NCBI GenBank assembly: GCA_001655205.1
Contig: LPNZ01006159.1
Span: 1-33,912 of the forward strand
Length of the DNA: 33,912 bases
Direction: 5' to 3'
DNA from: Lenisia limosa
Lineage: Eukaryota; Protista; Breviatea
The notes beneath the pieces were generated by a model that was not told the origin of the DNA, made no database searches, and worked only from the letters and a program-made list of their open reading frames with translations. Below are positions 11,301-21,500 of this stretch, in pieces (within the stretch, counting starts at the first letter, position 1; every line of letters begins with the position of its first letter). The position numbers were made by a program, and so were the translations under genes.

Positions 11301-13670
11301 CAATACCTCCCCCCCTCCATCCCCCTAACTACATGTCATATGTATTAGTATTTCTGGGTACGTTGGTGCAACCAAGAGCAAACAACATACCAAATAACCC
11401 ATGTCAGATAACATAACAAATAATCCATATCAATTCACCCGCAAAAAGCCTGTATCTAATTATTAAATCACCCATATCAATAACCCAAAAAAGAGGTCGC
11501 TGCCACGCCGTCCAAAAGTCTACAGCTCATTTGCACCAAATCCACTACCCGAATTGTTACGAATGATGAAGAGGTCTCAATCAAATTGGCCAAATTCTTT
11601 GTGAGTGTAACTGAATGTTGCTTTGAAATTTATTCCCACTCCCTCTCTATCATTTCTTCGCGGTTGTAAATCCTGACTTTACAGCATTCCAAAAAGACTC
11701 ATGTGCCCTTCATTGCATTCAACTGCACAAAGTCTATCAAAGAGAAACTGGGCAAGTTTATTCATTTCGCTGGTAGGAATGGCTTTTGTTTGAGGCAAAT
11801 TGGAAAGGCGTTTTTATCATTTTTGTTCTTTTTTTTTAATTGTTATATCGTATAGTAATAATTATGCATATAGCTAGCAATATGTAATATCATCTGACAA
11901 TATCCCAGGTACAGGACATAAGATTCTGTTGAAATTCAACCAAGATCTACTTGAACAAGTCTTGCCAGACCTCATGTTGGAGGGGAGAGGTTCACTTGAT
12001 GCTTTGGACAAAGATTGAAGAATATGATGTGTGTTACTGACAATGTATCATGACTGCTTAGTATAATGCTGAACTCGACGGAGAAGAAAGACAATATCTT
12101 TTTCAGTATGGAGGGGGGGGGGGCTAAAGNNNNNNNNNNNNNNNNNNNNNNNNNNNNNNNNNNNNNNNNNNNNNNGTCACTACATGTAAACATTTGGAGA
12201 CCACATGCTATAGAGACCTCTATTAGTACAAGACATGCTAATATTTGACCTCTATTGACTCTTCAGGCGAACCTATCATCCCTTCGACACCTCCAGTAAG
12301 TCGAAGATCATCTGTGACCCCCCTCCCCCCGTCTTATATGATTCCCATTCAAATTTATGGGCTCTGAGAAAGAAATCTGATTGAAATATGTTATTTCGCG
12401 CTTGCCGCTCACTTCACCCTCTTACTTCACAACATTTCCCAACCTCACCATCAAGAAAACCCCGAACCCTCTCCAATCAGTCAATTTCTACGGTACCGCC
12501 ACCACTAGTAAGTCACTCCTTTCGTTGTGTGACCTTTTCTCCTTTCGTTGTATGACCTTCTCTCCTTTCGTTGTATGACCTTGTCTCCTTTCGTTGTATG
12601 ACCTTCTCTCCTTTCGTTGTATGACCTTCTCTCCTTTCGTTGTATGACCTTCACCCTCCAGATTCCCCTGCTCCCACACCCTCCTCCGGCACCCACCCTT
12701 CTGCCCTCAAGGAACGCCTGCGTCAAAATGAAACGTTCTTGGTATGACTGAGGGAAATGAGAATTAAAACGTCAGTATCTTCTGAAAGTGCCATGGTGGT
12801 GATCCGAAATGCTTGAGTGGATATTGTGATGATTTTCTTTTTTGAATCGAAATGAAGCTCTAAACCACGTGATGTGTTGATGACTTTTTCAAATCAATGG
12901 ATAAACCTTCACCTCCACAGGGAGAACAACAACCAACCCTGCCGCCGGTCCAGCTACTCGGTGACAGTAAAAGACCCAAGCGAAACGCTGCTGTGAAGTC
13001 CCGCGCTTCTTTCAGGTGGGGGGAGGGTATGCTGAAGTGGGGTGCCTCTTTTCAAAACAGATGTGGGGGTTGGGGCAACACATGGATAATTAGGGCTTAG
13101 AAGGTACAATATCGATAATTTCGAGGATTGATCAAGAAATTCAGCCTTTTTTTGTGACCGTTAGGAAGCCTTATTGATAATTAAATGACGATGCAGGAAC
13201 CATGCTGCAGGATTAGACGCAACTGACCCCGTTAATGACCCGTTTCCACCTGTGTCAATGTCCCCTTCCCCGTCTCCATCACCGTTCGGCACTACCAAAG
13301 GTTTCTATTCGTGGGGGGAACGATTTGTAAATATTAAAGAATGGCGGTGTTAATCGCAAATAGACTGATTGTAAACTCTTTAGTTATGAAAGCTTTGTTT
13401 TATTTTGTTTGCTACCAGCGTGTAAGTTGTTTCAAACAAGGAAAATAAATCTACATATATATATTTCTCACAGTATTCACTGCATTCAGATTACTACAAC
13501 CACGAACGGAGAACCTTCTCAAGTCCACGACACATAGGCTTCTCTGCAGTTTTCCTTTTGGATCTCCTGGTTCGTCTCGGGGTAAAATGAGCTCGTTGCT
13601 GTTTTTAGCAAAAAATACTGGGGGTTGAAAAGCTAATGAATATTGATACTGTTGTTGATTTTGACATCTA
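8338..13670 (+). CDS. Multi-exon low-complexity (Pro/Ser/Thr/acidic) coding region, probably the N-terminal extension of the downstream Ulp/SENP protease gene
   Basis: A chain of plus-strand GT-AG exons: MEDK|HSVKSKRIVEKGDEVAL|MKLQQQSREGVLNSRNRNPAVIRLF|HKEVPSLSTPKKKN..; TIETPDIIEEETAIDDSQQEVPP; EIPIDILAISD; EVAATPSKSLQLICTKSTTRIVTNDEEVSIKLAKFF|HSKKTHVPFIAFNC..; LLCSFPFGSPGSSR leading into the protease domain. Some exon phases were not resolved, so it could be a separate gene. Confidence 0.5.
8682..8757. repeat. Imperfect tandem repeat, 3 x ~25-26 bp, intronic
   Basis: AAGCAAAT(C/T)CA.. recurs at 8682, 8707 and 8733. Confidence 0.75.
10745..10797 (+). repeat. 27-bp in-frame tandem duplication (TIETPDIIG / TIETPDIIE)
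   Basis: CACTATAGAAACTCCCGACATCATTG occurs at 10745 and 10772. Confidence 0.9.
12516..12653. repeat. Intronic minisatellite, 6 x 23 bp
   Basis: Unit CTCCTTTCGTTGTATGACCTTCT at 12516, 12539, 12562, 12585, 12608 and 12631, lying between a gtaagt donor (12508) and a ccctccag acceptor (12661). Confidence 0.95.
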
Positions 13671-16600
13671 TAGAAGCCGTCAATGTCACCCACGAGGACT
13701 TCTGCAGATTAATGCCTGGAGAAATGCTCAACAACACCATTGTGGACTTTTTTATCAAACAGTGGGTAGCGTCTGCTTCCCGCCCACAGCTTCAGTGGCT
13801 ACTTTCTTCGCTGTCAGATTTAGTACTATCAATTTTTGATATCTTGCCATAGTCCTTATTACTTCTCATTTCCATATTATCATATTCAATGTATTTAAAA
13901 ACTATTACGAGATTTTCATTTTTTGTAAGGCCAACATTAACACTTCAGTCTTCACCAGCAAATCAACATGAATGAAAACGAGAAGTTTTATCTTCGTGCT
14001 GTTGGCAAAATAAAGGTTTGAATGGCTTCAATGACAAATCAATACATATCGACTTGAGCTTCCCTTTCTCTTCTTAGCTTATTATATGCTATAAAGCCCA
14101 AGAGAGGTGTTGTATTTATCTGAAATGGGTGGGGGGCAACGGTAAGTCTTCACACCCCGCACAACTGACTCTTAAGGTGTTTTCGTCCTTCCTGTTCTCC
14201 AGAATGCAGAGACGCGTACAAAACAAGTTTGTTATTCCTGGGTTTTCTAAACGATTTCTGGGTCACTGAATATGCAGAGTTGTGCAACCTATCTATCCAA
14301 ACATTTACATGTAAATCTGTGATATTTGATTTCATTGAATAATAGTTCTTTGTTTTGCTTTCATGTAACCGTGTCCAGACTTATCGACTTCGAAGGAGTC
14401 AAAAACTGGACCAGAGACATTGACGTCTTCAACCAGGATATCATTTTCCTTCCCATCCACAGCCCGTATGCAAAAGGGTACTCACATTCGAATCCGTCTG
14501 AGAGAGGGGGATTCAATCCGTCTGAGAGAGGGGGATTCAATCCGTCTGAGAGAGGGGGATTCAATATTCGCTTATTTACCATATCATATGCATATTCTTG
14601 GGGAGGGACGGTGTTGAAATCATCTTGCTGTTGGCTTCAGTGCACGGTATTTTACCCCTATAGTGCCCATTGGTCGTTGGTCGCCATTGTGAGCCCCGGA
14701 GCTTGGTATGGGGAGTCCGCACAAACAATATATCATGTGTAGTACATACATACATATATATACACATATATTACATGTATTATAATATATCATACACTGT
14801 ATACTGTATCATATACACAAATTTATATCATATAGTAGACTAAATCATTGCATACTCTAACCACTTCCCCATATCATCAACTCCTTACTTGGTGTGGGTG
14901 TTTCTTCAATAGAGTCTACTTTCCATCATATTTACCACCCACTTTTCACCAATATCCTCACGATGGCAGGGAGGGACCTGAGGAGTGGCCTGGAGAGTCC
15001 AACGAAAAATCAGTTGTAGCAAACAAAATGTTCTCTAAGTAGGGGGGGGGGGGNNNNNNNNNNNNNNNNNNNNNNNNNNNNNNNNNNNNNNNNNNNNNNN
15101 NNNNNNNNNNNNNNNNNNNNNNNNNNNNNNNNNNNNNNNNNNNCTCCCCTCGGAAAAGACCTGGGGCAGCAGCACCCTTCGTAAAGATTCCGAAGAAGTC
15201 CATCAAGGTCCCAACTTCAGCGCTGACACAGTCCACGCCGCCGGCACCGTCTTTCTTGAGTCACGCCAATAAGATGACCCTGGACAACGATCATGAGTGG
15301 GCTTTTTTGTTTTGAACAAGAGAAATAATAGACATTAGCAATCTGGGGAACAAATAAATACGTAGGGCTACTGCGGGTTCGATGATGAAACTTGATTTTA
15401 CTGTTTCAGGGAAGAAAACAGTGATGATGGCAACATCCCTCGAAACCTTTTCGATTCTGGCACACCCGAGGTACGATGATCTCTGAATCTGTAAACAGTT
15501 TGTCATCACCTTATTTTTTGTGGCATATTTCTTTTGTCGTATCAATACAAGTGATATTAATGTCTCTTTTGGACCAGTAAACCCTACAGCTTTCTTCTTG
15601 ACACCCCCAGGTTCCATCAGTAGAATCGCTCAAAAAGGCGAACTCCCTTCTCGAAGATGACCTTTTCGGATCCACTGATCAAAATGCAGATGAGGTGGAA
15701 CCAAGTAAAACGATCCGAAAACCCGACGACCTCCCTCATAAGGTTTGCGTAGCTATTGTGTGTGACTTGGGACTCTGTATACGGAGGGGGGGGGGTGGNN
15801 NNNNNNNNNNNNNNNNNNNNNNNNNNNNNNNNNNNNNNNNNNNNNNNNNNNNNNNNNNNNNNNNNNNNNNNNNNNNNNNNNNNNNNNNNNNNNNNNNNNN
15901 NNNNNNNNNNNGACGACCCCTCCAGAGCGTCGCTCTCAGTACCCAAAACTGACAGGTGTGTCAGGAACGGGAAAGCACATAGGAACAAATGGACGTGATG
16001 AAGTGCCTTTGCAGAAATCTCCATTCATTTTGGCCTTTCAAAGAGATATTGACGAGATTAATTTATTTCCTCAGACTCTCGCGCCCCCTACCCTCTGCCA
16101 AGCCGCGACCATCACCACCCATCGCGCCTTTCCTTGACAAGCCAAGACCCACCAAGGCCAAACGCCCCATCCTCATCTTTCTTGACTCCTTGGGCCTCAC
16201 AATGCCCCAGCTCACCCGCGACCAGATCCTAGAGTACGTCTCTTCTCTTGAATAATATGATGGATTTCAATGTTTTGTGTTTTGTTTACTTTCCAATCCA
16301 TTTTGACCACCCAGATGGCTTTCAAACGAGTGGTGCTCCAAGAGGCCCAATGCCCCCGTTAGGGTATTCAATGGCAAGACGTGTCTTGTTGCCAAGAGTC
16401 CTAATGTGGGTCCCATCATGACGTCGTCAACTGTTTCTCTCCCATCTGCTTGGATTTGTCATGTTCTTTAACAACACCATCTCTGTAGACTCAGAAGCAG
16501 ACCAATCACGTCGACTGCGGCATTTTCATGTTGCAACACATCGAAAAACTGGCAACCGTCCCCCTCCCTGTAAGCCCAAGTCTCAAAATACAGAGTATTG

Positions 16601-18105
16601 GAGAATTATACCATCGAAAAGAGTGCTTGTATTTCATCACGGTAACAAAGGATAGGAGTAACATTTACCACGTCATATTCTAACATGATAGGATGAGGTT
16701 ATCAATGCTTCGAATTCCGCCACGGCAACCAAAGTGGGCTGGGCTTGGGTTCTTCTGTTCCATGTTTCTTCTCCTTCTTTTTTTTTTGATTTAGGTACAT
16801 AGTAATATATGTCCTGACTTGCTGGTTTTGACTCTTCAGAACCTCTCGAAATTCCTTCGGACGCGGCAATACACCAAGGACTGGCATCCAGATTCCTTCA
16901 GAGCACAGGTATGCGGCCGGCGACGTACCTAGCGAATTATTCGTCGTAGAATGTTCCATACTCCCCCTCCCCACGTTATCCAAGATGATGCGACTGGTCT
17001 GGGCTTTGTTTGTTTTGTTGATCTCAACCCTCATATGTTGCTACCAACAGAGTTGATTTTTGGCTTTTTTTTTGTTTCATAAATCACTTTTACTCCCCCG
17101 CTCGTCTTGAATGTGATTTCTATTTCAAAACTCCGAGTGTCTCAGAGCTGACCTTGAGGGGGGGGGGGTCGCAATATAACATTCCGATTTACCGCCTTTC
17201 AGATTGCGAACGCTATTGGACACCAGAATGACGTTGCTGTTCTGAAGAGGAAAACGGAAATGGCAAGACTTAGCGAACAACCCGAGTCTAATAAGACCGA
17301 AAAGGCCACAACAGTTCAAGGTGACACTGAGGACAGGGAAGAGAAGGAGAAGGAGAAGAAGGAGGTGATGGAAGAGGAAGAAGAAGAAGAGAACGTGAGA
17401 CAAGAAGGCAAGGAAGCAGATGAAGGAAAGGAAAAACGAAGGAAGGAGGATAAGGAAGGAGAGATACGACAAAGCAAACTTGAAGAAGATGCATCCGATG
17501 AAAAAGATACATCTGATGAAGAAGATAAAAAGGATACAAGGAACAATGAGAGTAGCGAAGAAAAGGAGGAAGAAGAGGATGAATTGGAAAAGGAGAAAGA
17601 CAAAGAAGAGGAGGAAGAAGAGAGCGATAGTGACGAGGTAAAAGCTGATAAAGAAGAAAAAGAAGATAATGATTGTGTGAGCAAAGAAAAAGAAAAAGAA
17701 AAAGAAACGAAACTTGAAATGGAAGAAGATGATGATGAAATTGAGGAAGAAAAAGAAGAAGCTGAAGATGAAGATGAAATTGAGGAAGAAGAAGAAGAAG
17801 ATGATGATGATGATGGAGACGAAGAAGTTAAAGAAAACAAAAAATATGATGAAAGTGGTGTGAAAGAAAAAGATGGTGATGATAAAAGTGGTTTAAAAAG
17901 AGAAGCAGTTGATGAGACTGATGTTGAATCCGGAAGTAAGCAGGAAGGCAAAAAGGAGAAGAGGGAAATAGTTAAAAGAAAAAAAGAGAAGAAAAAGGAG
18001 GGAGAATTGAGGAAGAGGGAGATGAATATGAATAAGAAGACAAGGCCATGGAAGGAGGCGGTTAATCACTATCTTGGGTTGTTAGAAAAAACAGGGGTCA
18101 AATAA
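13671..18105 (+). CDS. Ulp1/SENP-family (peptidase C48) SUMO protease, Ulp2/SENP6-7-like, with an acidic C-terminal tail (multi-exon)
   Basis: Spliced motifs: AVNVTHEDFCRLMPGEMLNNTIVDFFIK; VKNWTRDIDVFNQDIIFLPIHSP|AHWSLVAIV (catalytic His 14668-70); RPILIFLDSLG (Asp 16184-86); ILE|WLSNEWCSK; SPN|TQKQTNHVDCGIFMLQHIE (oxyanion Gln, catalytic Cys 16516-18); NLSKFLRTRQYTKDWHPDSFRAQ|IANAIGHQ, in frame with the acidic ORF 17260-18105, which ends in TAA. These match the established C48 motif order. Confidence 0.88.
14491..14562. repeat. Tandem repeat, 3 x 24 bp, inside the intron just before the catalytic His exon
   Basis: AATCCGTCTGAGAGAGGGGGATTC at 14491, 14515 and 14539 (NPSERGGF x3 if translated). 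Confidence 0.95.
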
Positions 18106-18574
18106 ATCCCCATCTAGGTATTTATTATTATTATATGGTAAGATTTTAAGTTCAGTATTATTTAGTTTCCTTCTTGATACAAAATAGTTGTCTTTTTTCT
18201 TTATCAGATTAAAATTGTGAGTAAATAAATAATAAATAAATAGAATTAGACCTGGGAACTTCGAAACATACAGCAAATGAACAAGCAAAACATGACCATG
18301 AAAATAAAATGCAAAATACCTAATAAATCAGCCAAATATCAGATAACTCAAGGCAGACTTTCACCTTGAACTGTAAATATCCTGAAACAACGGTTAACAA
18401 ATTTCACCCCCCTCCGCCCACGTGATAATTCCTAAACCTTGTGTCCAGAGAGCCCCCAAGAAGGATCTCATCATTTCGGCACCTGTCCATTGTAAGTTTG
18501 TCTCTTCCAAACTCATAAAGTCAATAATAAATACTGTTCAGATGAGAGAAGCCCATTCGAGGAAGCCATGCAAG

Positions 18575-21500
18575 AGCAACATAACCCGATTACTTCACTG
18601 GCGCGCATTCCAGAGCCAAATTGTCTAAACGTAGATTCATCTTTTTGATCCCTCCTAAAGTATCAATCAAAGGCTCAAGAGAATCACACAACCTTTGTTT
18701 TTGTCTATCTAACCCACCTTTCAGAGCCTCCTTTGATGGTACATCCGGTATGCTCTAAGATAGTAAAAAGAGATACCCAAGATATTGATACCCCCAAATG
18801 TTAATAACTCTTTACTAACAGAAGTGAAGCATCTCGACTGTGCACAAAGATGTGCAAGAAGGGGCTGTGTTATGGTGACGAAGTTAGCTAGAGAGGCCTG
18901 CTCTGCCGCTGTGGCTAGGCGCACTCCATCGCCCCACTGCTTGGTAAATCGATATCATGTTGCTAAGTTTGTGGTTACAACAAATCAGCAAATAAATTCT
19001 GAATATATTAGACAATGACATTAACTCTGAACCTCCTGAGGTTCACAGCTGGTGATGAAGCCAAGGAGTTTGCTCAGAGTGATGATATTGATATTATACA
19101 TATCCTATTGAGTTGGCCCACCATCAGGAGCCGAGGCCTATTTGCGCCGACAACACCCGCCACTACGCGCGAAAACGTGGCGCCGACGCGAACTGAAAGA
19201 GACTCATTCGATATCATGGCCTTGGTGGTGAGTGGAGAATCCGATTCATGAGAAGCTAACCGGTCCAGAAGCGAAGTTAAGACCAATTATATCTGCTGTT
19301 AAACCAGCCACACCTCCCCCCCACTATAGAGGAAACATGGAAGTACCCCCTCTCACGTTTTTTATATTTGTGACAATAGTGGGAATGGCCTTAGCAACGG
19401 TCAGAACAGAGATAACGGGAGTGGAACTGGTTCCTTCGATTCCTGCAATGCCCTTTTTGGTCAAATGGGATTAAGATTCACTTCTGTCAAAAAAAAGACT
19501 AACAAATTTCAAATCATATAATGTTTATCGAGGACATATGGGAAATATAGTTTACTATTGGGAGTACCATTGTTCCCAAAAATGGTCAAAAAAGATACAG
19601 TGAAGTCCCATCCTACCACCCAAGCATCTCCCACGGTGTATATACGGTACACCCCTGTTTGGGTGAGTTTAAAATAATAAGAAAAAAAAACAATTCAGGG
19701 AGCAGTGGAGACAGTATCACATTAGAATAGGATATCTAACTGCACTTGCGGAGAATAATAATAAAAAAAGTCAAATCTGACAGAGTTACCATAGGTGTCA
19801 CCATACTATTCTTTTTGGCGATCGCGTCGATGGATAGCACTATTTTGTTGAGGAGTCGGAAGAGGGCATTTGCGGTTGTGCGTTGTGAGAGACTCGTGAA
19901 TCCCACAAGGTCAGACTGTGGTCATAGTTAATGTATAGAAAATGCATGGAATTTGATAGTCAGCCGGGAATAGTTCAGTCTTCATCGGCACGGATAGTGA
20001 CAGCTTGATACGTGCCTTGGCCATCTTACCTGTACTACTGCAATGGGTCTGGGGAGCTCAAGAGTGACGACTCCTTTCTTTATGAAAATTGGCACCAAGT
20101 TGGCGGGAATAAGGCGTGATAGGAATCCTACAGCAGCAGTGACTCTGAAATCTAGAAGAAAAACAATTCAATGTTCATGACAAATTATTAAAAAAAACAG
20201 CCTGTATTACAATGCTGCGTCTGAAGTTCCTCCCTACGTTTAGCACTGGTGCGTTGAGTGGACAATGCTTCCTAATGTGTCATAAAGGAACATGTGAATA
20301 TATGTATGTTTGAGTACATTGTTATGGTTATCACAAGGTTCTGGAACTACGTGAGGAAAATATGGGGAGGGGGGGTTAGCAAGTGTTAGTTCACTTCTTC
20401 TATAGTAAACAAATTAGCGTGCATCTGATCTTCGCCCCCGGTTACCTTTTTGATGAATGATTCTCTGGCCAATTGCTCCCTATTCGATGCCACATATGCA
20501 CCAAATATTATGGCCTGGAATTGAAATTAGTATGTTTTTTAGATGATTGTAAATAACTTGGTGGAAGCTGGTTTCCACATAATATCATACGTTTATAATA
20601 TCCCGCACGTACCACAATAGCCATCAATGTTCGGATAAGCAGATGGTCATGGGGATAGTCCCCTATAAAGTAGAGCACGCTAAATTGAAGGGATAAAGCA
20701 ACACCACTGAGTTTCAATCTAAAGGGTTAAGGTCAAAATATTTTGACTCATAATCTTTTTGACCAGATAATAATGGCTTACACAGTCAAAATGCTCAGTT
20801 TGGTACCAAGGAAACCTCCATAGAACACAACCGTGAAAGAGGATGAGTAAGCGGTCAAGTCACCCACAGCCTCAATGTCACCTGAGTGAAATGACAATTC
20901 AAAATCAAGCCGTAAATCTCACTCCTCAATACTCAATGCAAACATTCTTGAGACTGAGCTTACCCTCTAAGACAATGCTAGTGAGAAAGATGGTTGTCCA
21001 AAGCAGCTTGTCAACTGTAATATGCGTACGTCTGAATTGCTAAAACAAAAAGTCCCTGAAAACTCTCCTTAATTTTCATTCACAATGGCCTGTATCAAAA
21101 ACGATGAATTTCATTTTGACAAGTTGTGATAAAAAATCCCCATCATTACAACACCCCCGCGTACTGGGAGTATTTGAAACCATTTAGATGCACAAAAATA
21201 TGCGCAACGTTTACTGCTATAGCCATCCAATCCGTCACTCTTTGGAACTATGGGATTAGGGTAATTTGAAATGATAATCTTAGCTGTTGCTGTATTCCTC
21301 TGAATTCATTGCACGTGCCAGGTAAAAATGACAATAAGCCTACCCAAATAAGGTCACCTGGGGTAAGCCAGCCCCTTATGTGGTAGCCCATTTTGAGGAA
21401 AAAGTTGAGGCATCCAATTGTCAAAGAAACTTGCTAAACGCGTAAATCCATTCTCTATTAAAATCACTCTAAAAAAGGATTGTGTAACAAGTGCACAATA

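Noticed and set aside
12516-14562. Short tandem arrays (23-bp and 24-bp, and the 40-bp array at 4008) as possible CRISPR arrays
   Set aside because: The units are contiguous with no unique spacers, lie inside spliceosomal introns, and no cas genes are present.
17316-17951. 211-aa Ser/Phe-rich antisense ORF and other overlapping ORFs at 17125-17641
   Set aside because: Expected shadow frames of the GAA/GAG/GAT-rich acidic tail on the plus strand.
13671-18105. Ulp1 protease as cargo of a Mutator/Zisupton-type transposon
   Set aside because: No transposase, SWIM domain, terminal inverted repeats or target-site duplication are visible, and the gene is intron-rich with an ordinary cellular layout.
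18582-18611. Minus-strand GMRASEVIGL resembles the tyrosine-recombinase box I (GxRxSEL..L), suggesting a Crypton/DIRS element
   Set aside because: No HxxR or catalytic Tyr box follows, the frame closes soon after, and the segment sits in the probable 3' tail of the cyclase gene. Most likely a chance match.
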